A stretch of DNA of 63,570 nucleotides, the filler included, from Craspedostauros australis (taxonomy: Eukaryota), in the NCBI GenBank assembly GCA_030167865.1. It is 13 parts of 13 records of this genome, joined end to end, with 100 filler letters (N's around TTAATTAATTAA, not from the genome) between each part and the next. Parts side by side here need not be neighbours in the genome. Positions count along the whole stretch, not along the records: positions 1 to 4,168 come from JALAGF010004884.1; positions 4,269 to 6,956 come from JALAGF010004885.1; positions 7,057 to 12,977 come from JALAGF010004886.1; 10 more parts are not named here. The stretch is one strand, 5' to 3'. Below, one piece after another: positions 1 to 10,720 of the stretch. A model generated the notes under the pieces. It had not been told where the DNA came from. It ran no database searches and saw only the letters and a program-made list of their open reading frames with translations. Each line of letters opens with the position of its first letter. Position 1 is the first letter of the stretch. Position numbers and translations under genes: made by a program.

Positions 1-1666
1 ATGAATCGCCTTGGAGTGTAGCTTGGAAGGTTTCGGCGGTGAGCTGTGGCTGATTGTAGTACCCAGCGGTCACAGAGGCCCCGGTGATCCAGATCTCTCC
101 CGTGACGTTGTCTGGACGCTGTACACGAGTATCCGGGTCCACGATGATGATATCGATGGAGCTGTGCAGATTGCTGCGATGTGCGATGGCGATGAATGGT
201 TGGAGATCTTCACCTTCGCGGATGGTGGAAAGATGGGAGCCGTGGTTGTAGCTGGCACCAACGACGTTCTCTGCCAGTCCGTATGCTGCAACGAACCAGT
301 CCTTGCGCAAGCCATACGAACAGAATGCGTCAGAGAAGCGCTTTTCTGTGTCAAGCCGGATTGGCTCTGCAGCGTTCTGGAGATGAAGCAGATTGGAGAG
401 ATCCAGCTTGTGGGTAAGTTCTGCTTTGGTCTCGTTGAACTTGCGGGTGACCAACCGATAGGCAAAGTCGGGAGCGGCACCGATGTGGCACTTGTGTTGT
501 GACATGAGATCAATCCAGAGAAACGGGTTCCGGATGAATGAGACCGGTGATGTCATGTGGACACGGAAGGCGCCTGCCAATGGCGTGACGGCCATTTGGA
601 TAAGGCCCATGTCATGGTACTGCGGCAACCAAGAGCATATGGCGATGCGCTTTGGGATTTCGCTCGTATCACCCAGCTGGTCTCGGAACGAAGCGAACCA
701 CTGGCTCTGTGTGAGCTCGATGTTGGCCCGCAGCGCATGATGAGTCACCATGACGCCCTTTGGGTTACCGGTACTTCCAGATGTGTACTGGAGGAACGCC
801 AGATCCGATCCTGCGATGTTTGGTTCATCGAAGGAAGGTGGCGGCAACGATGAACGGCCAGAGATGAGGCTGGAAAGGAAGCCTTTCTTTGCCTGCTTGG
901 AGTTGTTGTTGGAGTTGTTGCTTTTGCTCTTGTTTTTGTGGGTGATGAACGGATCGTGACGGATGATGCGATCGGTGACTTGGTACTTCGCCCCGCTCGG
1001 CCACATGGCCCGGCTCTTGGATGTTGGGTTGGCACGATCGGCGGCTCGAAGGAGGTTGATGGATGTCTGAGTGAGGATGAGTGCCGGAGAGCAATCCTTG
1101 ATCACCTTGTTCATCTTGGTGAGCGATTTGACGAGCGGCGGTCCCGGAGGGTAGACCAACACGGCTGTTACTCCTGCACGGAGGCATCCCAGGAAGATGG
1201 CGAAGAAGTGCAGACCGAAGTCGTAACAGAGGACGACACGATCACCTTTGTTGACGCTCCATTTGTTGCGAAGGAGGTGGGCACAGTGCCCCGCTTCATC
1301 CCAGAGCTGCTGGAAGGTGTAGTTGTTGACTGCCTTTCCCTTCTCGTTGTACCAAGTGGTGAAGACGGTGTCGGACTTGAGTTCGACGATGAACTTGATG
1401 TGGTCGATGAAGGACTTGTTTTGGATGGATTGCTGGATGACGTCATGCTCGCTGATAACAGCAGTGTTGCTGTCGTTGGACGAAATCAATGTCGTTGATG
1501 CCTGCGACGAAGGCAATGGTGGTGGCTCGACGATGCCGGCTTTGACATCATCTGTGATGTCTGGCACAGGAGAGTCCTCGTCATTGCCATTGGATTTGCT
1601 GGATGCAGTTGTTGCGACATCGCCGGTATTGTCTTCGGCTGTTTGGTCATGGTCGTCGTCACGCAT
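1..1666 (-). CDS. Fatty acyl-AMP ligase (FAAL)-type adenylate-forming enzyme, 5' part; runs off the window edge and is absent from the ORF track
   Basis: Manual minus-strand translation from the ATG at 1666 is open to base 2. Motifs: GDRVVLCY..GLHFFAIFLGCLRAG, AFLQYTSGSTGNPKGVMVTH, SWLPQYHDMGLI, APDFAY, NAAEPIR, YGLAE, GEIWITGASVTAGYYNQP..TAETF. Confidence 0.9.
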   Translation of the reverse strand, partial: MRDDDHDQTAEDNTGDVATTASSKSNGNDEDSPVPDITDDVKAGIVEPPPLPSSQASTTLISSNDSNTAVISEHDVIQQSIQNKSFIDHIKFIVELKSDTVFTTWYNEKGKAVNNYTFQQLWDEAGHCAHLLRNKWSVNKGDRVVLCYDFGLHFFAIFLGCLRAGVTAVLVYPPGPPLVKSLTKMNKVIKDCSPALILTQTSINLLRAADRANPTSKSRAMWPSGAKYQVTDRIIRHDPFITHKNKSKSNNSNNNSKQAKKGFLSSLISGRSSLPPPSFDEPNIAGSDLAFLQYTSGSTGNPKGVMVTHHALRANIELTQSQWFASFRDQLGDTSEIPKRIAICSWLPQYHDMGLIQMAVTPLAGAFRVHMTSPVSFIRNPFLWIDLMSQHKCHIGAAPDFAYRLVTRKFNETKAELTHKLDLSNLLHLQNAAEPIRLDTEKRFSDAFCSYGLRKDWFVAAYGLAENVVGASYNHGSHLSTIREGEDLQPFIAIAHRSNLHSSIDIIIVDPDTRVQRPDNVTGEIWITGASVTAGYYNQPQLTAETFQATLQGDS

Positions 1667-2498
1667 AATGGAAGGTTGGTGCTTATGGTACGACTACTTG
1701 CGCCAGCAGGAAAAGTGGAGTGTGTTTGCGCTGTTCCTCCGGTTTGTGAGCATCCGCCACAAGTGCGGAAGTTGAGCGTCGAGGAAGAGCGAACCATGCA
1801 CGCTTGATTGACACACAGAGGGAAACAACCCTTGTTTTGACATTGCAGCGCACAGGGAGTGCACAGTTGGTGCTGTTCCCAGTCAGCGCGGAAACGCATT
1901 GGTCTTGTGAACCCAAGGGCATTTATGTCTCGTGTTGCCTTGTCAAGAACGTTCCGGACGAACTGTCGTTGGAAGCGTGATTGACGTGTTGGTTACAACG
2001 GTTGTTGGCCTCGATTCTTTGGGGCGACACAAACAGAGCAGAGTAGAACAGAGCACAAAAGATACTCTCTGCTCACCTTTTTTGAAGGCGCGTGCATCTG
2101 TGAGTCTTCTGCTCGCTCTTGGAATTCGGTTCTGACAACTTCACCGGCAAAATCGTTCAATGGGGGACTGAGAAGATCGCCTCATGAGCCTCCGTCCACA
2201 CTACCGTAGAGTACTTGTTTCAGAGGGTCAGTAAATAGTAATATAGTAGTTCCAAAGCGTTGAAAGGGCATCCTGTCTGGCCATGTAGAGGTCGTAGTCG
2301 TACATTGGAAGAGCGGCAGGCAGCACATCCATCCGCCACCAAGCAAACAAGTTTTCGCAACTTGGTCCTACCTGGGGTTCCGGCAACTTATAACAATATG
2401 CAATAACAAATCGAAAGATACAAACACGGTTACCAGTTATGAACAAACAACGTGACAGTTCACGATAGAGCCACTGTTTTTGGTACAAGGTGACACTC

Positions 2499-2656
2499 TA
2501 TGAGCCCCCTTAGTGAGTCGACCTGCATGTTTTTATTGGACTCTACAAGTTTTATCTTGGATATCCAAACCAAGCACATATTCGCAGTCCCCTTAGTCTC
2601 CATATAAATAATTAACCGATGGATTTTTGATATAGACCTTATTTTAAGTTTTATGA
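2499..2656 (+). mobile_element. Terminus (TIR-like, about 160 bp) of an unclassified DNA transposon family
   Basis: TATGAGCCC..GTGAGTCGACC..GATATCCAAAC..CACATATTC..AAGTTTTA recurs at 34484(+), 63410(-) and 63488(+), with unrelated outer flanks. Confidence 0.7.
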
Positions 2657-3141
2657 ACAGTCAAAGCAATTTTGGAGTCGTATGGGTCGATCACAATGAA
2701 ATTACTAGTTGTTTCGTAGAAAGTTCTATCATGTTCTTGTGCATTTATCATGAGGTGTTCAGTCATGGACCGGACGCAGAAGATGTCGTTCGTTTGGTAC
2801 GCGTTAAATACACGTTAGCATGTGGTGCATCATCTCACATTTTGCTCGTCACAACACACATCACACAAAACACAAAACGCATCACACATCATCGACATCC
2901 TCCCACAAATTCAAACAGGATCGCCACACTTTCGCTCCATTTCACAACTTTCCTCGCCAATACCATGCGCGCTCGCTCTTGTGTTCAATGTTAGTGCTCG
3001 TTCTGGTAGTAGTAGTAGTTGTTGTAGTTGTAGTTGTTGCCAGCTTCTCGGCCTTTCATCGCATGCTCTCCTTCCTCACTTCGTCTCCGACCTGTGCAGA
3101 TCATCACATCCGACCTGCTAACAACTATACTCAGCAGCAAG

Positions 3142-3172
<31 letters not shown>

Positions 3173-3180
3173 ACTCCACC

Positions 3181-4168
3181 ATGCCTCTCTCCACCACCAC
3201 CAAGGCCCTCTCCAAGGATGCAAACCCCTCCCCCTGTAAGAAACCGCGTTCTGTTTACCCTGTATCTGCTCCTCCTGTTGACTCCAAGGGAAACTTGCTC
3301 CCTACCACGGAGCAACTGTTGCCTGACAAGCCATCCGCTACGTTGCGGAAGCCGAGCACCATCACGCAAGTGATCGATGTGAAGCCAATGCAGGCAGCGG
3401 ATGGCAGCCTCGTCCCGAACAGTACGCATGCGCACGCTCGCGAGCTGCACGTGTTCGTACACATCCTCGATGACAACGGAGGCGTCTTCGACGACTCCAA
3501 TGTCAGGGTGCGATCCGAGGGACGAGGTGTTGGCGATGGAGCAGTGGTGAGCGTTATCGTGAACGCGCCACCCCCTGCTGTGCCTGACGTTGCACCACCT
3601 GTCGAGCCTGCCCCACCAGCGAGGCTCCCTCGTCGCTGCAATGCTGTTGTTGCTGGTGGCTATGCAGACACCTCCAATGACAGCGACACCACCTACGACG
3701 ACAACGACAGGGGGGAACGAACGCGCGCCAGCAGGAACAGGAGAGGAGGCCAGTTTGGGTACGACCCAGAAGAGGGGGGAAATTGGAGGCGTCCTGCAGT
3801 GATTCGTGTCATGGACCAGCTCACGGATCACTTTGACATGAGCATCGTTAATTCTATGCCTCCCAAGGGATTCGTGGTTGGTGGCAAGTACGATGCGCAA
3901 ACATGGTGGAACATATCGCGTGTGTGGGTCGCTGTGGCTTCTGCACTCTGGGGTGTTTTGCTCCCTCATGAGGAATTGCCAACGCGCCAGATGCAACAGG
4001 TCGTGGAGTTTGTCCGCGCTCGCGCGGATCTACCTCCAACTGCACTCGGTTCAAATCTGTACACCCTATGTGTTGGGGGGGAACAGACACTGGCTATCGC
4101 AGCTAGAGCTGTCCTCGCTGCGTCTACGTCATTCACTAACAGCTCCGCAATCCTCTCTCGTCACATGG
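3181..4168 (+). CDS. Hypothetical protein, 5' part; possibly encoded by the transposon whose terminus is at 2499
   Basis: Open frame of about 330 aa from ATG 3181, after a CAACAG-repeat leader and truncated by the contig end. No recognisable motif. Confidence 0.45.
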
Positions 4169-4268
4169 NNNNNNNNNNNNNNNNNNNNNNNNNNNNNNNN
4201 NNNNNNNNNNNNTTAATTAATTAANNNNNNNNNNNNNNNNNNNNNNNNNNNNNNNNNNNNNNNNNNNN
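4169..4268. other. Artificial contig linker (N-run, TTAATTAATTAA, N-run). Others at about 6957-7056, 12978-13077, 19874-19973, 22276-22375, 28366-28465, 31781-31880, 35238-35337, 49290-49389, 58417-58516, 60262-60361, 62072-62171
   Basis: The same 100-nt spacer, with stops in all six frames, occurs 12 times. Confidence 0.97.
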
Positions 4269-6529
4269 GCTCTGCACTCGACAACAGCACATTGGACGAC
4301 GCGGTCAAGGCGCTCCTCATTTCCGACAAGTCGCTGTCGCCCATACAGCTGCGAGAAGCTGTGCCGAAGGTGCTGGAATGGATGGAAGGGCAGCACATGT
4401 ACGGCCATCCGCATGAACTCACATCCACCGCAGCCGATCTCAATGTGATGGCGCTGCTCGATGGCACGTGTGGCATGACCATCACAGACCAATATCCCAC
4501 GGACATCCTCGAGGATACGGAGCGATTCGGCATTGCCTCGATACCGGGTTCGTCCACCATTGTGCGACAGAACACGCCCACAGCCTGCACGCAATCCACA
4601 TGCAACAAACAGGACGCGGAGCTGGGCTGGATCAACCAGGTCGGCGTGTCATCCTCCTCCGCACCGCTTGGCATCATCTCCTCCATCACAGCCAAAGCAC
4701 AGCAGCACCACGCTTTCCAATTCCTTGAATTCCTCTCCATGCGAAGCAACGAATTGCAAATCGGCACCCAGGATCCATCGGACTCGGCTGCCATGATGGA
4801 TGCCGGATCCAATGAAACCTCGATTGCGTCGCAATCCGCAACTCCATCCACGCAGCACCAACCGCTCTGTCAATCGCAGCTGGATGGCCTTTCCACCGTC
4901 TATCCGCAGTACGCGACGGTCATCGAAGATGTGGTCCAGCAATCCTCCGACGCCAACATCGCCAGTCCTCCGCGCATCACCATGGCGATGCAATTTTGGG
5001 ACACGCTGGACAGCAGCGCAAGAGAATACCTGACGCAGACGTCGCTCCAGAAGAATTCAACCACGGTATCATCCAGACAACAGATCGCCACCCGCATCGA
5101 ACGATCATGGGAGGCGATCATCGACCAACACGACGCTCGCCCGCTTCCAACCCCGCTGACCAAGCCTCATCTCCCAATGTCCATCTGGTACCAGAAATCG
5201 TTGAATCAATTCGAACCGACCCCACGCGACGAGAAGGGCATCGACCCTGTCATCCTGACGGGAGGTTGGACCTTGGCCATCATCTCCATCGTCGTGTCGC
5301 TGTACATGGCGGCCTGGGTCGTTCGCAACCGCCGCGAACGCGTCGTGCTGGCATCCCAACCCTACTTCCTCTACATGATCTGCGGCGGCACCTGCGTCAT
5401 GGGCATCTCCATCTTCTTCTTTGGTTTCGATCGCGACTTCCACCTGCTTTCCGGAGCCGTGGCATGCAACGCCTCCATCTGGCTCTACATCTTCGGTTTC
5501 TCGATCGCCTTCTCCGCGCTCTTCTCTAAAACATGGAGAATCAACCAGATCTTCCGCAGCAGCCACTACTTCCAGCGCATCAAGGTGGAGCTGCAGGACG
5601 TTCTGATCCCCTTCATCTTCATCCTCTCCATGAACCTCGCCACCCTGCTCATTTGGATGATCATGGAACTGCTGGAATTCGTGTGGGAAACAGAAGACGG
5701 CGACGACTTCAGCGGCGGCTTCTACTACTATTTCTACGTGGAAGCGAACGGAGGCAGCTCGGAAGCCTTTGCGCGGCGCGAGGACAACATCTTCCTCACG
5801 GTGGAACCAGATGTGATCGGACGCTGCACCTCGCAGCACGCCATCCTGTACCTCTGCATCCTGCTGGGTCTGAATCTGGTGTTTGCATTCGTCGCGCTGA
5901 TCCAGGCCTACGAATGCAGACGCATCACCACGGAGTATTCCGAAAGCCTGTGGATCGCAGGCACCCTGCTCATCATGATCCAGGTTTGGGTGGTGGGAGT
6001 CCCATTGTACGGCGTGGTGCGCAAAGAAGTCAACGCGCGGTTCATCGTCATCGCTTCGATCATCTTCATCACCATCATGACGACGCTGGGTTTCATCTTC
6101 ATACCCAAAATGAAGCACGTATCGGCACTGTCATCGTCCGCGGCCGGCACGGCCCTGTCATCTTCCACAGGCAAGAACGGAAAACAGCTCGACCCGGACG
6201 GTTCCGACGATCAAGACACCCTCCTGAATGAAGCCGAGAACTTGGGCATCGAAGTGCGCCGCAGTCTACCTGGCAACCGCGGTGCCTCCTTCCAGCTTTC
6301 CAAGGCTGTGCTACATCGCAAATCGTCGACACGACATGGATTGCGCCTATTCACATCGCAAGGCAAGCACAACACCGAAGTGCGGCAGCTCAAGGAGGAT
6401 CTCGGACGCACCGTCAGCTTGAACCGCACACTTCAAGGGCAGTTGGACAAGCTGCAGGAGAAATATCATTCGCATCGGCTGCGCAATACGAAGAACAAGA
6501 TCAGCGGCAAGGTTGTGGTGGTCGATTGA
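4269..6529 (+). CDS. Class C (GABA-B-like, 7tm_3) GPCR with large N-terminal extracellular domain and C-terminal coiled coil; 5'-truncated
   Basis: 745-aa ORF with VVLASQPYFLYMI, ACNASIWL..GFSIAFSALFSKTWRINQIF, R.ITTEYSES.WI, IFIPK, seven hydrophobic segments, and heptad tail EVRQLKEDL..LQGQLDKLQEK. Confidence 0.9.
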
Positions 6530-6822
6530 TGGGGTAGATAATTGTTGCACGTATGGAAAGTGGAGGAGATAGAGAACACAGTCAACTCTTGCTACATCTT
6601 GCTTTGGGGGTTACATTTTGTATAATACCATACATATAATATGTTCTATTACTAATTGAGCACTGATGGATGCTGTATGTCCTACGAGTTGATGAGGCTG
6701 CGCAGAATAGGATCAAGCAGCTCATAATATATATACATTGTACAGCGCAGCCTCCAGTATAAGTATGTCACTACCACCCAACACACTGCTGCGCAGTGCA
6801 ACGCAGTTGTTATACCAGTAGA

Positions 6823-6956
6823 TCAGAAACGGATGATGTACAGCTCAGCGTCTCCCAGGCTGCCAGCATCATCACGTTTGGCACCGAAGAACGTGACCTC
6901 GTTGCCTTCGTCAAGCTCGTTCGAGGCATCAACAGTACTGCTGGTTGCATTCGATG
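6823..6956 (-). CDS. 3' end of an unidentified gene (..NEVTFFGAKRDDAGSLGDAELYIIRF*)
   Basis: Open frame from the contig edge to TGA at 6823-6825, convergent with the GPCR. Confidence 0.35.
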
Positions 6957-7056
6957 NNNNNNNNNNNNNNNNNNNNNNNNNNNNNNNNNNNNNNNNNNNN
7001 TTAATTAATTAANNNNNNNNNNNNNNNNNNNNNNNNNNNNNNNNNNNNNNNNNNNN

Positions 7057-7422
7057 ACCACAACAGAGCCCACCACAACAGAGCCCACCACAACAGAGCC
7101 CACCACAACAGAGCCCACCACAACAGAGCCCACCACAACACAACCCACCACACCACACCAGAACGCACCAGAACGCACCAGAACGCACCAGAATGCACCA
7201 GAATGCACCAGAATGCACCAGAACGCAACTCACAACGTGACGCAACAGAACGCAATATAACACACCGCAACAGAACACACCGCAACAAAACACAACTCGA
7301 CGCAACAGAACACAACACAACACGACGCAACAGAACACAACACAGCACGACGCAACAGAACACAACACAACACGACGCAACACAATGCAACAGAACACAA
7401 CACGACGCAGCCACAACACAAA
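7057..7422 (+). repeat. Compound tandem repeat: (ACCACAACAGAGCCC)x5, (CAGAAYGCAC)n, then degenerate ACAAC/GACGCAACAGAAC units
   Basis: 15-bp, 10-bp and 5-bp periodicities are directly visible. Confidence 0.9.
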
Positions 7423-8131
7423 TGATAATCAGCAATTACACGCAGGACAGGGCACCAAACACTGCACTTACTACGCCGCCTGGGTGATCAATCCAATAGG
7501 TGAAGTTGGAGATGTTTGGTGTTTGTTGTTGTTCTAAGTTAGTTGTAGTCAATTGATGATTGAGTTTGGATTATGAGATGATGATCTCCTATTTCTAATG
7601 ATGGTGCCTAATGCACGGTTGCTAACGTGCTGCTCGATTACCTCGTGGTTTCTCTCGCAGTCTTTCCCAAAACATTGCCCAAGATGGCATGTTGATTTAC
7701 ACGATATCCCGTGTTATTCTTGCCCTTGGGTCTTTCTTCATCTCTCCTGGTCTTGCCTAATCTTGATCTCTGTTTGATCACATATGGATTGATCCGTCTA
7801 CGTCGACGAGGTGCATGCATCACCTCTGACGATGTTCTTCCGGATCCTAAATGTTGTTGCCACGTGCTCAATGATGCACTCGGCTTTGCTAGACAAGTCA
7901 GCACACCATGACTAAAATATAATCTCGATTCCGAGGATCACAATGACCAATCCTCTGACGTCATACGATGATGTCAGTGCCTACGTCAGGTTCGATGACA
8001 GTAGTGACTGAATATCAATCGTGTAATCAAGACTCACTCGACTATACTCTCAAATCGAGTCGAATCAAAAAATAGTGAATCACATTTCAGTCATGGGAGA
8101 TGGGTACCTAATTTCGATCTAGATGTTGATA
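7423..8131. mobile_element. Solo LTR (about 709 bp), ends TGATAATC...GATGTTGATA, 5-bp TSD ACAAA
   Basis: ACAAA at 7418-7422 and 8132-8136. A homologous copy at 60362-60763 ends at the same TGTTGATA. Confidence 0.75.
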
Positions 8132-8180
8132 ACAAACACACAACACCTCACACCAACGCACACACAACAACAACACAACA

Positions 8181-9291
8181 ATGGTGGGCTCTGATGTCCG
8201 CTTTTACAAAGATGGGCCTGATGCGGCTGCCTTGATGAAGGCACTAATTGACGACCCAACAAAATGGAACTGGGAGGCAGAACGTCTGCGTCTCCACCAT
8301 TCATTTCTATGCAAGTATGATTCCAAAAAAATTGGTCAGACTCTACGTGACTTCAAACGAAGTTTGGTCAAAAAGAACTTGTTCCACAGTAAGTGCACAT
8401 GTGGTTGAAGCAGTTCCGTGTCGATGTGTGTGCTGAAGTCTCTGTTCTCTGACCACCATGTGATCAAGCATCATTTGCGTACAACATCGCCATTCCACCC
8501 ACGTCTCACCCATTGCCTTTCTCTGTTTGTGGTACACACCAACATGTGTGGTTTGCACATTGCAAATGCAAAAAAGTGGATGGCCAGCCCCATCAGATCT
8601 CTCAATCAAAGCTTGGATCCAAGCTCCTTCCACTTGACAACATGGACACCACGACATCCACCTCTGACAACCACAACCACAGCAACAACGTCTCCAACAC
8701 ATAAAGAGAACTAACAAGGAGCATAGTCACAGCCATGCAGCAAGAATCAGAAGTCCACGCCGTCGCAACCACCAGAGGGCACTCAAGCACTCAAGCACTC
8801 AAGCACACCCCAGCTTCAACCCCATGCTGCAGAGGATACTGACAGCAGTGTCCAGAGCATGTCGGATGCTTCAAGCCATGATTCCGATGTTGTGGACAGT
8901 GGCTCCGACCACGACATTGGATATGTTGGAGTGAAACTTGAGCCAGTGTCGCCCCCCACACAAGGTCCCACCCAGTGGCCCCATCACTGCAAGGTTTCAA
9001 CGTTTCTTCAACCTTCCAGAGGAGCAACGTGTCACACAGTTCCGCAAATTTCGTCGAACCATAGAGGTGTTCCACACAACACAAGTGTGGAGGCCTCCTG
9101 GTAAGAAGAATCGGATGATTGGTGTGGACTTCCACATGCCAGCCTGCATCACCAAACGTGATGCGACTGTCACAATTGAGAGCCGAAAGGTTGGCAGCGT
9201 ACCCTGCATGTTCCTTGTCCTCATCTACAAACCACCAGAGGCTTTTGGAAAAGATGGGAGCATTGTTGATGTCATGCTCCCGCATCTCTGA
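8181..9291 (+). pseudogene. Degenerate intron-containing gene of unknown function, convergent with the tyrosine recombinase
   Basis: ATG 8181 follows an ACA-rich leader. Exon 1 is MVGSDVRFYKDGPDAAALMKALIDDPTKWNW..; GTAAGT donor at 8389. Later S/D-rich and globular segments (..FHTTQVWRPPGKKNRMIGVDFHMPAC..) are broken by frameshifts. Confidence 0.45.
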
Positions 9292-10644
9292 AGTCATGGG
9301 GCTGCTGGACTTGAGGAGGTGAGGCCTCACAATGGGCTGAAGCTTCCCCTTGAGTTCTGGATGCAGCTGCTCAACTGTCAGTTCTGACATGTCGTCAATC
9401 TGACCCACATACATGTCAGCTCGGTCGGAGAGACTGCGGAAGTAGAGGTGCATTGCATTGGAGGTGGTGGTATAGTCCCCAATGATGCGAGCATCGGCAT
9501 CACCAGAGGATATTGGCAGTTTGTGTAACTTGGCCTTGCACATTTCATCATTGATGCGGCCTGTGCGAGGCGAGTGGGCAGAGAAGAACCTCTTGGGATA
9601 CCCCGCAAGAAGGCAGAGATTGCTTGTGATGTTGTTGATCCTTTCAGTGCTTGCAACTCCAAAGAGCTTGTCCGGATGCTTCCAAAGCTGGTTTCTGTGG
9701 CTTTTGAGGAACCTTGCCATTGCCACTGAAGCTTCCTCGGCTAGTACAGCCTCTCGCGGTGCCATGTCTGTTTCAGCCTTCTTCTGGGAGGCAAAGTAGA
9801 TGATGTAGCGCTTGGTATTGTGGTCATACTTTGGCCATTTCATTTCCTTGTCCACTGCAGCCTTTCCTCCTGCACCTGTCTCAAAGAGGAAGTAGAGAAG
9901 AGCAATGTCACGGTACCCATTTGGTGTTGGGTGTGTCGCAAGCTGTAGACGCCGGACGTCAGGGAGGGTGATTGACTCTGCTCGTTGCACGTTGTGTGAT
10001 GGCCTGATGCAGATCCGCTTGAGGTTCGTGCAAACGATGGCAAAGTGTTCAGAGTTCTCTCCAAGCTGCTTGAGGCCCGCAGCCACGTTGTAGATGTCGG
10101 TCCAACCCTTGAAGCGTTGAGTGATCTCATGGAAGGCCATCCGGGCACCCTTGGCCATGATGGTCAGCAGGCTTAATGTTGGTACATGATAGAGTACCAC
10201 CCAGGTGATGTAGAGTGCCAGACAGGAACCCAATGCATCATTGGGGAACATTGTCTCCCATGTTTGCTGCTTGGTGAAGTCCACAGGATCCCGGTTGGGA
10301 TTGTTGTCTGCTCGATGGTCTTTGAAGACAATATCTTCCCAGTCGTTGTGCTCAAAGAAGTCATCAATCAGCTTGCGCATCCTGTGGAGTTCTTGCTTCT
10401 CCTTGGGGCGCAAAAAGATTTGTGGATCAACTCTCACCATGTTGAAGAAGCCAAACATGGTGTGAGTGTCTGGAAAGAGATCATCCAGCAACTCATGCAT
10501 GATATCATCATCCCTTGGGTTGGCATTGTTGGCTTTTTCAGCCATGTTGGCATTGGTGTTGCGGTCAGTCATGGTGTGATGTACTGTGCTGTGATATGCC
10601 GTGTTGTTTTTTGTGCTTGTGTTTGTGTTTGTGTTGTGATACAA
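8791..10644 (-). CDS. Tyrosine recombinase (Crypton-like), probably inactive; true start likely at a downstream Met (about 10572 or 10545); the last ~165 aa may be read-through
   Basis: YRDIALLYFLFETGAG (box I, R replaced by G), QKK, FFSAHSPRTG (H-x-x-R), IIGDYTTTSNAMHLY (box II Tyr). No RT/RNase H adjacent. Paralogue at 12278-12977. Confidence 0.8.
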   Translation of the reverse strand: MYHNTNTNTSTKNNTAYHSTVHHTMTDRNTNANMAEKANNANPRDDDIMHELLDDLFPDTHTMFGFFNMVRVDPQIFLRPKEKQELHRMRKLIDDFFEHNDWEDIVFKDHRADNNPNRDPVDFTKQQTWETMFPNDALGSCLALYITWVVLYHVPTLSLLTIMAKGARMAFHEITQRFKGWTDIYNVAAGLKQLGENSEHFAIVCTNLKRICIRPSHNVQRAESITLPDVRRLQLATHPTPNGYRDIALLYFLFETGAGGKAAVDKEMKWPKYDHNTKRYIIYFASQKKAETDMAPREAVLAEEASVAMARFLKSHRNQLWKHPDKLFGVASTERINNITSNLCLLAGYPKRFFSAHSPRTGRINDEMCKAKLHKLPISSGDADARIIGDYTTTSNAMHLYFRSLSDRADMYVGQIDDMSELTVEQLHPELKGKLQPIVRPHLLKSSSPMTSEMREHDINNAPIFSKSLWWFVDEDKEHAGYAANLSALNCDSRITFGDAGWHVEVHTNHPILLTRRPPHLCCVEHLYGSTKFAELCDTLLLWKVEETLKPCSDGATGWDLVWGATLAQVSLQHIQCRGRSHCPQHRNHGLKHPTCSGHCCQYPLQHGVEAGVCLSA

Positions 10645-10720
10645 CTTGGTGTGGCTTGTTGCGATATGTTGTGATGTGTTCCAGTGTGGTGTATTGCAAT
10701 GGTGGTTCAGCTAGGATCAG

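Noticed and set aside
11..1899. Many short ORFs listed in the track
   Set aside because: Shadow frames of the long minus-strand FAAL gene.
4169..4268. Recurrent palindromic TTAATTAATTAA motif and ORFs ending in 'LIN'
   Set aside because: Artificial linker embedded in N-runs, not biological.
7001..7487. Cys/Val/Leu-rich ORFs and possible telomeric repeat
   Set aside because: These are translations of simple repeats. The units are heterogeneous and not TTAGGG-like.
8791..10644. Recombinase as DIRS/Ngaro retroelement or bacterial/phage contamination
   Set aside because: There is no adjacent RT/RNase H, and it is embedded among eukaryotic LTRs next to an intron-bearing ORF with the same mutational decay.
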